Assembly (NCBI GenBank): GCA_965198225.1
Contig: CBDAOY010000009.1
Span: 1,056,001 to 1,120,000, forward strand
Length of the DNA: 64,000 bases
Reading direction: 5' to 3'
DNA from: Terriglobia bacterium
GTDB lineage: Bacteria; Acidobacteriota; Terriglobia; 20CM-2-55-15
The position numbers and the translations under genes are program-made. Shown piece by piece: positions 46,233 to 55,592 of the stretch. How positions within the stretch are numbered: position 1 is the stretch's first letter; every line of letters begins with the position of its first letter. The notes under the pieces are model-generated. The model searched no databases. It worked only from the letters and a program-made list of their open reading frames with translations, and had not been told where the DNA came from.

Positions 46233-47029
46233 TCTCCGCCCTCTCCCAGGCCGGCGGCTTCGGCGAGGAACCGCAGGATGTCATCCAGTTCCCTCGCCGT
46301 CAGCCTGTCTGGTCCGTAGTCCGGCATCAAAGACTTCGACTCGGAAATGACGTCTCGAAGTTCGGTCTTCAGAAACGCGCGAAGCTCCCCGTTGGCATCC
46401 AGCATCTGGATGGAGAAGGCGTCTTCGTTCTTGCGCAGCCCGCCGATCCGTTCGCCCTCATTCGTCACGACCGCGACCTGCTCGTAGCCGGAGGGGACGA
46501 CCTCGCTCGCATTTCGAATCGCGCGGATCAGGGCAGTTCTGGAGCGCGCGCGGGCCGCGAAGGTGAGGTCCGGTCCGAAGCGCCCGCCACGACCACCCAC
46601 GCTGTGGCAGTTCGCGCATCTCGCCTTTCCGAAGAACAGGCTTTCACCGTTCGACCGATCGCCGCCGTCGATGCGGGCCGGTCCGCTGAGCGTTCGAAGG
46701 TAAGCAATCACGCTCCGTATCTCGGAGTCGGAAAGCGAAGACTCACCCATCTCGGTTTTGGGAATGCCGTTGCGGATGACGGCGAACAAGTCGGAATCGC
46801 TCCCACCGTGTTTCCATGTGCCGGTCGTCAGAGCCGGCCCGCGGTAGCCCTCGGCGTTGATGCCGTGACACGCCCCGCATCGGGATCGATACAGTCGCAA
46901 GCCTCCCTCTGCGGAAACGGCTTCATCGGGCGCGGATTCCTGAAATGCCGCTGCCGGGCCGGCGTAGAAAAGGAAAATGACGCAAAGAACCACGCGTAAC
47001 AATCGAGGACATGTCTCGGGCGGCCTCAT
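46229..47029 (-). CDS. Exported diheme cytochrome c
   Basis: Signal peptide; CGACH and CANCH motifs with downstream Met candidates; stop overlaps the quinoprotein start. Confidence 0.88.
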   Translation of the reverse strand: MRPPETCPRLLRVVLCVIFLFYAGPAAAFQESAPDEAVSAEGGLRLYRSRCGACHGINAEGYRGPALTTGTWKHGGSDSDLFAVIRNGIPKTEMGESSLSDSEIRSVIAYLRTLSGPARIDGGDRSNGESLFFGKARCANCHSVGGRGGRFGPDLTFAARARSRTALIRAIRNASEVVPSGYEQVAVVTNEGERIGGLRKNEDAFSIQMLDANGELRAFLKTELRDVISESKSLMPDYGPDRLTARELDDILRFLAEAAGLGEGGE

Positions 47030-47326
47030 GGACGTCGTTCCTGCAGGCCTCCGGTATGGGGTGTTTGCACACTCCAAACCATAACGCTCGGCAATTTTCG
47101 GACGCAACAAACTTCTTCCCGGCGCCGAAGACGCCGGATCGGTGAAAGCTCGACTGCGGAGCACTTTTTTGTGGATTGTTCGTGAGATAAAGCCCTACAA
47201 ATAGCGGTACCAATTTTTCTTGGCCCAAATTGGCGATTCGGACGGCGGTTCCGACTGGAAGCTACCTTGTCTCTTTGAAGCGCCTCGAGCTCATTCTTTG
47301 CGTTCCGCAGTTCTGGAGGTCCCGAC

Positions 47327-48337
47327 ATGAACATCATGAGACTAAGACTCACACCTGTTCTGCTCTGCCTGCTTGCTGACTCCGGTCTCGCCCAGAACCG
47401 GACGCACGATCTTCGGCTGGAACCGCAGAACGTCCATTGGGGCTACTACGACGCGCGGGTGAGCCCGGCGCTGCGGATCGCGTCCGGCGACACGGTTCGT
47501 GTGGAGACGTCGGTGGTTCGCGGGGTGGAGCGACTGAGGGCCGCCGGGGTCGCCGACGAAGAGATTCCCGAATCGCTGAAAGTGGTGGATCGCGAGGTCA
47601 CGGAACGAGTGGGCGCACATGTACTGACAGGGCCGATCCACGTCGATGGTGCGGAGCCCGGCGACGCCCTCGCGGTCGAGATCGTCGAGATCGGATTCCT
47701 TCACCCGTACGGCATCGCATACTTTGTTCCGGGATTCGGTACGCTGCCGGATGACTTTCCGTATACACGATTCAAGCTCATCCGATTCGACCCGACGAGC
47801 GGCGTTGCGGACTTCGGCTCGGGTGTTACTTTGAGGCTCGCGCCCTTCTTCGGTTCGATCGGTGTGGCGCCGGCGTTGGGTCGTCTCCCCAGCGGACCCC
47901 CGGGGCCGCACACAGGCAACCTCGACAACAAGGAGCTCGTTGCCGGTTCGACTCTATACCTGCCGGTTCACGCTCCCGGCGGGCTCCTCTCGTTTGGGGA
48001 CGGACACGCCATACAGGGCGACGGCGAGGTCACGTTGACCGCGCTGGAAACATCCCTTCGAGGAACGGTTCGGATCTCTCTCGAAAAGGGAAAACGTTTG
48101 AACTGGCCTCGCGCCGAAACCCCGACTCACTACATCACGATGGGGCTGAACCCGGACCTCGACGAAGCTGCGAAGTTGGCGACGCGCGAAATGGTCGATT
48201 TCCTGGTTTCCGAAAAGGGCCTGAGCCGTGACGATGCTTATTTCCTCTGCTCGCTGGCGGTGGATCTGCGGGTCACTCAGCTCGTCGACGGCACGAAGGG
48301 CATCCACGCGATGATCGCGAAATCGATCTTTGACTAG
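47327..48337 (+). CDS. Acetamidase/formamidase family protein, probably exported
   Basis: GGAGG RBS; LTGPIHVDGAEPGD, GNLDNKEL and GDGHAIQGDGEV motifs. Confidence 0.9.
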   Translation: MNIMRLRLTPVLLCLLADSGLAQNRTHDLRLEPQNVHWGYYDARVSPALRIASGDTVRVETSVVRGVERLRAAGVADEEIPESLKVVDREVTERVGAHVLTGPIHVDGAEPGDALAVEIVEIGFLHPYGIAYFVPGFGTLPDDFPYTRFKLIRFDPTSGVADFGSGVTLRLAPFFGSIGVAPALGRLPSGPPGPHTGNLDNKELVAGSTLYLPVHAPGGLLSFGDGHAIQGDGEVTLTALETSLRGTVRISLEKGKRLNWPRAETPTHYITMGLNPDLDEAAKLATREMVDFLVSEKGLSRDDAYFLCSLAVDLRVTQLVDGTKGIHAMIAKSIFD

Positions 48338-48389
48338 ATCCCTAGACGCTTGATCCTCAGGTTTGAAGATTTTGCGATCAAGCGTGCCC

Positions 48390-48482
48390 TCAGCAGTCAG
48401 CTTTCAGCCTTCAGTTTCTTCGGAAAACGGGACGGTAGTCCCATCCGACTGAGCTGATTGCTGAAAGCTGATAGCTGATCGC
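48390..48482. repeat. Inverted heptamer arrays forming a long hairpin
   Basis: (TCAGYNN)x4 ... GGGAC-GGTA-GTCCC ... (GCTGAWN)x4. Confidence 0.75.
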
Positions 48483-48534
48483 CTTTCTGGCTCGCCCTCG
48501 TCGAGCTCAGCGCGCCCAAGGGGCTCGAAATTCT

Positions 48535-48563
48535 TTGACAAGAATACGATACGGTGCTTGAAT
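48535..48563 (+). promoter_or_regulatory. Sigma70-type promoter candidate for DUF1592 operon 1
   Basis: TTGACA-N17-TTGAAT with TG extension. Confidence 0.5.
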
Positions 48564-48672
48564 GATCATGAAGAAAGCCCGAGTCAAGAAGACCCGTTCA
48601 TAAAGCTCCGCGCCCCCTGCGCTTGAGAGGGTTGCGGTGTGTCATGTCTGAACAAACCGTCCTCATGGGCAG

Positions 48673-51105
48673 ATGCAAATGAAAAAGGTGCTGGTTTCCA
48701 TCGCCGTCGTTATCGTGTCGGCGTCCCTGACCTACGGGCAGGATGTCGGCTCCACCTCACTCGTTCCTTCTCACCGTGCGATGCTGGACCAGTATTGCGT
48801 CTTATGCCACGACGACGTCGAACAGTCGGGCGGCCTGACGCTGACCAACCTGGATTGGTCGGATGTCGGCAGGAACGCGCCCGAGTGGGAAACCGTCGTG
48901 CGCAAACTGCGTGCCGGTATGATGCCTCCGGGCGGCCAGCCCCGGCCTCCGGACGAAGAAGTGGACGAGTTTGTTTCGGCCTTGGAGGCGGGTCTGGATG
49001 AGGCCGCAGCTTCCGAGCCGAATCCAGGTTGGAAGCCGATTCACCGGCTCAACCGGGCCGAGTACGCCAACTCGATCCGGGAACTGTTGTCGGTGGACAT
49101 CGATCCTGCGGAACTCCTGCCCGCCGATGCGTCCACCCACGGTTTCGATAACATGGCGGAGGTCCTGGGTGTTTCCACGACGCTGATGGAAGGCTACGTC
49201 CGGTCGGCCTCGAAGATCAGTCGCACGGCAGTCGGCGATCCCGAGATGAGTCCCATCGAGGAGACGTATCCACTTCCCCAGGGATTCTCCCAGATGGAAC
49301 ACGTCGAGGGCACGCCGTTCGGAACCCGCGGCGGGATGGCCGTCACCCATCACTTCCCGCTCGACGGCGAGTACATCTTCAAGATCAAGCTCTACCACCT
49401 GAGCACAGGGCCGCTGTTCGGACAGACGTCACCGGGCGAGCAGATCGAGATCGCGATTAACGGTGCACGCGTGGCGTTGCTCGACATCAACCCGAACATG
49501 AAACCGGCCCATGATATCCGGACGGGTCCGATCAAGGTGAACGCGGGTCCGCAGAGGGTGTCCGCTTCCTTCATTCAGAGAGCCGCCGGACCCGTACAGG
49601 ACTTTCATGCGCCGTTCGAGTACGCGATGTCGGATCTGACCGTTGGCTCGATTCTGGGATTCACCGGCCTGCCCCACCTGAAGACCCTGAACATCGGCGG
49701 ACCGTACACGGTGGAGGGTCGGGGCGATACTCCGAGCCGCCGCAGGATTTTTGTCTGTCATCCCGCCAACCGGGCCGAAGAGCTTCCCTGTGCGACGCAG
49801 ATTTTGTCTTCGCTCGCCCGACAGGCCTACCGGCGTCCTGTGACCGACGTTGATCTCGACCCCCTGCTCGCGCTATACGAGGCGACCCGGAACAGGGTGG
49901 ACTTCGATGCGGGGATCCGGATGGCGATCCAGGCAATTCTGGCCGACCCGGAATTCGTCTTTCGCATGGAACGCTCGCCCGATGACGCGCCGACGGCGGA
50001 GAGTCATCGGATATCCGATCTGGAGCTCGCTTCCCGGATCTCATACTTCATCTGGGGCAGCGCTCCGGACGCGGAACTGTTGGGTCTGGCTGCCGGCGGC
50101 AAACTCGGGGATCCATCCGTTCTGGAGCAGCAGTTGCGACGTATGGTGGCTGACCCTCGCTCGGAGAATCTCGCGAAGAACTTCGCCGGGCAGTGGCTGT
50201 TCCTGCGAAACCTGAGGGACGTCCAGCCGGACAATTACATCTTTCTGGATTTCGACGTAAACCTGCGTGAGTCGATGCTGCGGGAGACGGAACTGTTCTT
50301 TGACGCGATCGTCCGTGAAGATCGGAGCGTCCTCGACCTTCTGGACGCAGACTACACGTTCGTCAACGAGCGGCTCGCGAAACACTATGAGATTCCGAAT
50401 ATCCAGGGCAACGCTTTCCGTCGTGTGCCGATCACCGACGACAACCGGAGGGGTCTGCTGGGTCACGGTAGCATCCTGACCCTCACATCGCTGTCGAACA
50501 GGACGTCGCCGGTCATGCGCGGCAAATGGGTGATGGAGAACCTCCTGGGCGTTCATCCTCCCCCACCTCCTCCGAACGTTCCCGAGTTCAGTGAGGACGC
50601 GCACGGCGAAAAGCTTCTGTCGGTGCGGGAGCGACTGGAACGCCACTGGAGGGATCCGGGCTGCGCGGGCTGCCACAAGATGATGGACCCGATCGGCTTT
50701 TCGCTGGAGAATTTCGACGCGGTCGGAGGCTGGCGTGTCCTCGACAACGGTTTCGAGATCGATGCGTCGGGCCAGTTGATCGACGGGACGAGCGTCGACG
50801 GACCGGCGAGCCTTCGGGAGGCGCTGATGCGCAAGTCCGGCGCCGTAGTCCACACGTTCGCGGAGAAGCTCCTGATCTATGCACTGGGTCGGGGTCTGGA
50901 GTACTACGATATGCCGGTCGTTCGCTCGATCGCGCGGCAGGCGATGGGCAACGACAACCGTTTTTCGTCCTTCGTTCTTGGCATCGTCAAGAGCACGCCA
51001 TTTCAGATGAGAAGGACCGAGGACAGTGAGGCCAGCGGCGATGAGGCAGCCGCCGCAGCTCGACCGGGCGCCGTCGACGGCCCAGCAGTGACGCCCAGAC
51101 AGTAG
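48673..51105 (+). CDS. DUF1592/DUF1588-type (planctomycete cytochrome-like) diheme protein, copy 1
   Basis: Signal peptide, CVLCH..GMMPP, RLNRAEY, ELASRISYFIW, RTSPVMRGKW, CAGCH..DPIGFSLENFD. Confidence 0.88.
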   Translation: MQMKKVLVSIAVVIVSASLTYGQDVGSTSLVPSHRAMLDQYCVLCHDDVEQSGGLTLTNLDWSDVGRNAPEWETVVRKLRAGMMPPGGQPRPPDEEVDEFVSALEAGLDEAAASEPNPGWKPIHRLNRAEYANSIRELLSVDIDPAELLPADASTHGFDNMAEVLGVSTTLMEGYVRSASKISRTAVGDPEMSPIEETYPLPQGFSQMEHVEGTPFGTRGGMAVTHHFPLDGEYIFKIKLYHLSTGPLFGQTSPGEQIEIAINGARVALLDINPNMKPAHDIRTGPIKVNAGPQRVSASFIQRAAGPVQDFHAPFEYAMSDLTVGSILGFTGLPHLKTLNIGGPYTVEGRGDTPSRRRIFVCHPANRAEELPCATQILSSLARQAYRRPVTDVDLDPLLALYEATRNRVDFDAGIRMAIQAILADPEFVFRMERSPDDAPTAESHRISDLELASRISYFIWGSAPDAELLGLAAGGKLGDPSVLEQQLRRMVADPRSENLAKNFAGQWLFLRNLRDVQPDNYIFLDFDVNLRESMLRETELFFDAIVREDRSVLDLLDADYTFVNERLAKHYEIPNIQGNAFRRVPITDDNRRGLLGHGSILTLTSLSNRTSPVMRGKWVMENLLGVHPPPPPPNVPEFSEDAHGEKLLSVRERLERHWRDPGCAGCHKMMDPIGFSLENFDAVGGWRVLDNGFEIDASGQLIDGTSVDGPASLREALMRKSGAVVHTFAEKLLIYALGRGLEYYDMPVVRSIARQAMGNDNRFSSFVLGIVKSTPFQMRRTEDSEASGDEAAAAARPGAVDGPAVTPRQ

Positions 51106-51157
51106 CACCGGTCAGTGTCATCCACCGTTGCACACTAGGAGGAGGCTTAGAGAGCAA

Positions 51158-52531
51158 ATGTTTATCACCAAGAGACACATATCACGGCGGACAGTTCTCA
51201 AAGGTATGGGCGTGGGTTTGTCGCTGCCGTTGCTGGAGTCAATGTTGCCGGCGCAAACCCCGCTGCGCAAGACGGCAGCGGCAGCGCCGCCGCGGTTCTT
51301 TGCCATCCAAGTTCCGCACGGCGCAGGTGGCAGCTGTATGCACGGCCGAGAGATGAACTACTGGTCCCCGGTGAAAGAAGGTTCCGACTTTGAGATGACC
51401 ATGGCGCTGGAACCTCTGGAGCCGTTTCGGGATTACGTCACGCTGATCAGCGACACGGACTGCGCCAACGCCGCGCCGACGACGCCCGAAGAGGTCGGCG
51501 GCGACCATAGCCGCTCGGCCGCGGTGTTCCTGTCCGGAGCTCATCCGAAGATGACCGAAGGCGCCGACTACTACTGCGGCACGACAGTCGATCAACTTTA
51601 CGCGCAGAAGTACGGTCAGGACACCCCGCTGCCTTCCCTCGAGCTCGGGATCGAGGACACCGGTTCGCTGGTGGGATCCTGCGGTTTCGGTTACAGCTGT
51701 GTCTACAAGTATTCGATCAGCTGGGCCTCCCCGTCGAAGCCGCTCCCGATGCAGATCGATCCGCGAGTGGCTTTCGAGCGCCTGTTCGGTGATGGTGGCT
51801 CGCCCGAACAACGCATGATCCGCAGGCAGGAGGACCGGAGCGTTCTCGACACGATCGTCGAAAAGATCGCGCGTTTGCGGAAGGACCTCGATGCGAGTGA
51901 CCGCGACCGGCTGAACGAATACGTGGACGGTGTGCGGGAGCTCGAACGACGTATCCAGATGGTCGAAAAGCACAATTCCACCGGCGAGGCGCGCGAGCTC
52001 CCGGCGGCGCCGATTGGTGTTCCGGACTCGTTCGATGAACACGTTAAACTGATGTGCGACCTGACCGTGATGGGCTTCCAGGCGGAGGTCACCAGAGTCT
52101 CAGCGCTGATGCTGGCCAGAGACGTCAGCCCTCGAGTCTTCCCGGAAAGCGGTTCGAAGACGCCGTTCCACTCGGGGTCCCACCACGGAGAGCAGCCGGA
52201 GCAGATCCTGGATTTCACGAGAGTCAACAGGTATCACGTCAGCCTGATGGCCTATCTCCTCAACCGGATGCAGTACACGCCCGATGGAGACGGCAACCTG
52301 TTGGATCACTCGCTCGTGCTGTACGGAAGTCCGATGGGTAACGGACACATTCACGAGCACAAACGGTGCCCGTTGTTCCTGGCGGGTCACGCAAACGGTC
52401 AGCTCGGGGGCAACTACCATCTGAGAACTCCCGAGGGAACACCGATGGCCAACGCGCTGCTGGCGGTGTTGCACAAGCTCGGTATCGAACAGGACAGCAT
52501 CGGCGACAGCACTGGAATGCTGACGATCTGA
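51158..52531 (+). CDS. DUF1552 (HxxSHH) protein, copy 1
   Basis: SRRTVLKG twin-Arg N-terminus, FHSGSHH, DGNLLDHS; GGAGG upstream. Confidence 0.88.
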   Translation: MFITKRHISRRTVLKGMGVGLSLPLLESMLPAQTPLRKTAAAAPPRFFAIQVPHGAGGSCMHGREMNYWSPVKEGSDFEMTMALEPLEPFRDYVTLISDTDCANAAPTTPEEVGGDHSRSAAVFLSGAHPKMTEGADYYCGTTVDQLYAQKYGQDTPLPSLELGIEDTGSLVGSCGFGYSCVYKYSISWASPSKPLPMQIDPRVAFERLFGDGGSPEQRMIRRQEDRSVLDTIVEKIARLRKDLDASDRDRLNEYVDGVRELERRIQMVEKHNSTGEARELPAAPIGVPDSFDEHVKLMCDLTVMGFQAEVTRVSALMLARDVSPRVFPESGSKTPFHSGSHHGEQPEQILDFTRVNRYHVSLMAYLLNRMQYTPDGDGNLLDHSLVLYGSPMGNGHIHEHKRCPLFLAGHANGQLGGNYHLRTPEGTPMANALLAVLHKLGIEQDSIGDSTGMLTI

Positions 52532-52573
52532 CGTTTGAAATCACTGTCGTTGAACTCGAGGAGAAAGAAGACA

Positions 52574-54190
52574 ATGATCGGTAAGAAGGTTACCTATGGA
52601 TTGTGCGTCGCGGTAGTACTTGCCGCCGTTGGGGGGGCCTCGGTGCTGATGGCGTCCCCCGCGGACGTCCAGCTTCCGGAAGCCGCCATGCGCGGTCAAA
52701 TCGAAGTCGTGCGTTCGCTGCTGAAGCAGGACGTCGATGTGGATTCCGCCCAGGGTGACGGCATGACGGCCCTCCATTGGGCGGCGCTGAAGGACAACCT
52801 GGAGATGGCGAAGCTGCTGATGGAGTCCGGTGCGAACGTAACCGCGACGACCCGTCTGGGCGACCTGACCCCTCTGTTCCTGGCCTGCACTCACGGCAAT
52901 GCCGGGATGATCGATCTGCTGCTCGAGGCCGGTGGGGATCCGAACACCGCTAACACAGTGAACGGGCAGACAGCCCTCATGCGAGCGGCTGCTTCCGGCG
53001 ACGCGGACGGTGTCGGGCGATTGCTCGAAGCCGGCGCGGGGGTCAACGCCAGGGAGACAGCGTACGGGCAGACTGCGCTGATGTTCGCGGCCGCGGACAA
53101 CCGGGCCGAAGTGATCCGCGTGCTTGCCCGAAACGGCGCCGACATCGAAACCGCCTCGAAAGTGGAGGATCTCACGTCCCGGCCGCGGTACGACGAAACC
53201 GGGCGGGCCCTCCCGCCGCCTCCTCCGGGCGCGGAGAAAGACAATCCGCCGGTGGATTTCTCTCAGAGGCCCAAGGCGAATGTGATGGGCGGAGTGACAG
53301 CCTTGATGTTTGCGGCAAGAGACGGGCAGATGGACGCCGTACGCGCGCTGGTGGAAGCCGGAGCCGACGTCAACCGCGTCAGTCCTGGAGATTTCAGCAG
53401 CCCCATCGTGTATGCGACGGCTAACGCCAACTTCGATGTCGCGATGTACCTGCTCGAGCACGGAGCCAACCCTAACGCTGCCAACAACGACGGCCTGACA
53501 CCGCTCTTTGCGACCATCGACATCGAGTACGCGCCCCTGTCCTGGGCGCCCGTACACCTGACGACGGGTCAGAGAGTGGGCCACCTGGAACTGATGGAAG
53601 CACTACTCCAGGCGGGCGCGAACCCGAACGCTCGGCTGACACGGAAGCTGTTCTACAGGCCCTCCTCCCACGATCGTTCGTGGGTGCGGACAGAAGGCGC
53701 GACGGCATTCTGGCGAGCGGCAGCGGCAGCCGACCTGAAAGCCATGAAGCTCCTGGTGGCCGGGGGGGCGAATCCCAAAGTAGCGACCGATGAAGGCGTG
53801 ACACCGCTGGCGGCTGCCGCTGGAATCGGATGGGTTCCAGGGGAGTTTTCTCAGACCTCACGCGATCCGCGTGCCCATCTAGCGGCTGTCGAATACTGCC
53901 TCGAGCTGGGTCTCGACGTGAATGCCGGAGATGAAGAGGATCAGACGCCGTTGCACGGAGCGGCGTGGATCGGCGACCATGAGCTGATTCAGTTCCTCGT
54001 GGACAAGGGCGCCAGCTTGGACGTCCAGACTGAGAAAGGGTGGTATGTGACCGACATGCCTAACGGCGTGGACGTCGCTGGCGGCTTACCGACAGAGCGC
54101 CCTGAAACGGTTGAGTTTCTGATGAAGCTCGGGGCTCCGGCACCGGTGGCTCCCAAAGCCGGGGATGGAGTTCCCAGGAAGCGCCCCTAA
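52574..54190 (+). CDS. Exported ankyrin-repeat protein, copy 1
   Basis: Signal peptide; many G.T(A/P)L..AA...GADVN repeats. Confidence 0.9.
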   Translation: MIGKKVTYGLCVAVVLAAVGGASVLMASPADVQLPEAAMRGQIEVVRSLLKQDVDVDSAQGDGMTALHWAALKDNLEMAKLLMESGANVTATTRLGDLTPLFLACTHGNAGMIDLLLEAGGDPNTANTVNGQTALMRAAASGDADGVGRLLEAGAGVNARETAYGQTALMFAAADNRAEVIRVLARNGADIETASKVEDLTSRPRYDETGRALPPPPPGAEKDNPPVDFSQRPKANVMGGVTALMFAARDGQMDAVRALVEAGADVNRVSPGDFSSPIVYATANANFDVAMYLLEHGANPNAANNDGLTPLFATIDIEYAPLSWAPVHLTTGQRVGHLELMEALLQAGANPNARLTRKLFYRPSSHDRSWVRTEGATAFWRAAAAADLKAMKLLVAGGANPKVATDEGVTPLAAAAGIGWVPGEFSQTSRDPRAHLAAVEYCLELGLDVNAGDEEDQTPLHGAAWIGDHELIQFLVDKGASLDVQTEKGWYVTDMPNGVDVAGGLPTERPETVEFLMKLGAPAPVAPKAGDGVPRKRP

Positions 54191-54197
54191 AGAGTCC

Positions 54198-54239
54198 GTT
54201 GGGTTGAGGTCCTGGATGGCGCCTCAACCCGACACCTAC
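54198..54239 (-). repeat. Hairpin with GTAG end (second REP-like type) between convergent genes
   Basis: Minus strand GTAGGT-GTCGGGTTGAGG...CCTCAACCCAAC; single copy. Confidence 0.45.
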
Positions 54240-54270
54240 CTGCCCGTAGGGTCTCCCAGGCCCGCGAGAA

Positions 54271-55092
54271 TCAAGGTTCGCAACTCGACGCAACCGACGC
54301 CAGCGAGCGCGTGTTGATCGTGTCGCCCGTGTCCTGCCTGTAGACGGTGCCTTTCACCTGCACCTTGTGACCCTCGAGGGGTCCCGGTCGCACTCCCGGA
54401 ATCGCGAACTCGAGGCTGGGAAGCCTGAAGCTGAGGGCGCCCAGCGCCGCCGCCTTGGAGTCTGCGAGCTCTTCCGGTGTCGTTTCTCCGGGCCGCTGTG
54501 TCCTGAACGGCTCCGGCGCCTGCATCAACATCCATGTGCCGCCGGCCTGTCGGGTCAGGCAACCAACGGCCCGGACGGGCGTCGTGCTGGGCAGTGGTTT
54601 CGGTCCGTCCTTCCCGACGAGATGGATCCCGCCGAGAGCGTCATCATTCAGATCTTCCGTCCCGGCCGGAAAGCCATTTTCCTGGAGCACAAACGTGAAG
54701 ATGTCCATCTTGGTCGCGTCGCTGACGGACGTGATGGCCTGTCGCGGCATCGAGCTCCGGAGCACGGTAAACAGCTCTACAAGGTTGTCTTCCCGCCATC
54801 GATCCATGAAACCGTCACCGACCAGCATCGGCGCGTTGCCGCCGCCGGAGCCTCCCGCACCGGGCACCGCGCCCTTAAGGTCCACTCCATGGCATCGGCT
54901 GCAGGCTTCCTGGAAAGCCGTTGCGCCCCGTTCGGCCTGCCCGGGGGCGTAGACGCCGTCCCAGACCGTCCTGCCTTTCGGGTTTCCTCCTTTTGATGCC
55001 GCGCCTTGCGGCATCCCCGCGAATACGCTGCCGGCTGCCAGGGCGACGAAACCCACAGCCGAAACCAGACAGATCGCCAGTCCTCTACGCAT
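54271..55092 (-). CDS. Exported monoheme cytochrome c with C-terminal beta domain
   Basis: Signal peptide, TVWDGVY..QAERG, CSRCH and SSMP motifs; C-terminal VGCL...GHKVQVKG..SC domain. Confidence 0.85.
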   Translation of the reverse strand: MRRGLAICLVSAVGFVALAAGSVFAGMPQGAASKGGNPKGRTVWDGVYAPGQAERGATAFQEACSRCHGVDLKGAVPGAGGSGGGNAPMLVGDGFMDRWREDNLVELFTVLRSSMPRQAITSVSDATKMDIFTFVLQENGFPAGTEDLNDDALGGIHLVGKDGPKPLPSTTPVRAVGCLTRQAGGTWMLMQAPEPFRTQRPGETTPEELADSKAAALGALSFRLPSLEFAIPGVRPGPLEGHKVQVKGTVYRQDTGDTINTRSLASVASSCEP

Positions 55093-55526
55093 ATAGCTAC
55101 CCCCTTGCCTTTGCCCTGAGCAACAACCGTGATAGTCGTCTCGCGGCCCTACGAACGGCCTCGTCCCATCGGAAGGCGACCCTTCCGATGCGCTGTTCGC
55201 CTCTCCGACAATCCGGCACTCCGCCATGGGTTGCTGGTCCATATGAAGATCAAACTAGCGCCACCGTAGCCTCCGTCACACTGAAAGTCAAGCTTTGGGA
55301 CGCGGCGGGTCAGCGCAGGTTTACGCCGGGGGACGCTGTTGCCGTCGACGCCGAAAACCAAGCTGGGCGGCGGTCCCAGCGCAACACCGGGGGCGGCTGA
55401 AACCCACCGGTGGCAAATTTCTCCGTCCTGTATCCGAGCGGCGAGCCTACGATAAGGCCGCGGTCACAGAGGTATCGCTGGAAAATCGCGCGGTGAGGGA
55501 GTCCTCGCTTTGGGCGATCTATAAAG

Positions 55527-55556
55527 AAAAAGGAGCCCGATGACGGGCTCCTTTTT
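55527..55556. terminator. Bidirectional intrinsic terminator
   Basis: AAAAAGGAGCCCG-ATGA-CGGGCTCCTTTTT downstream of ankyrin copy 2. Confidence 0.8.
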
Positions 55557-55592
55557 CCGGGCTTCGCGCCCGGCTTCCCATTAAAGAACGCT

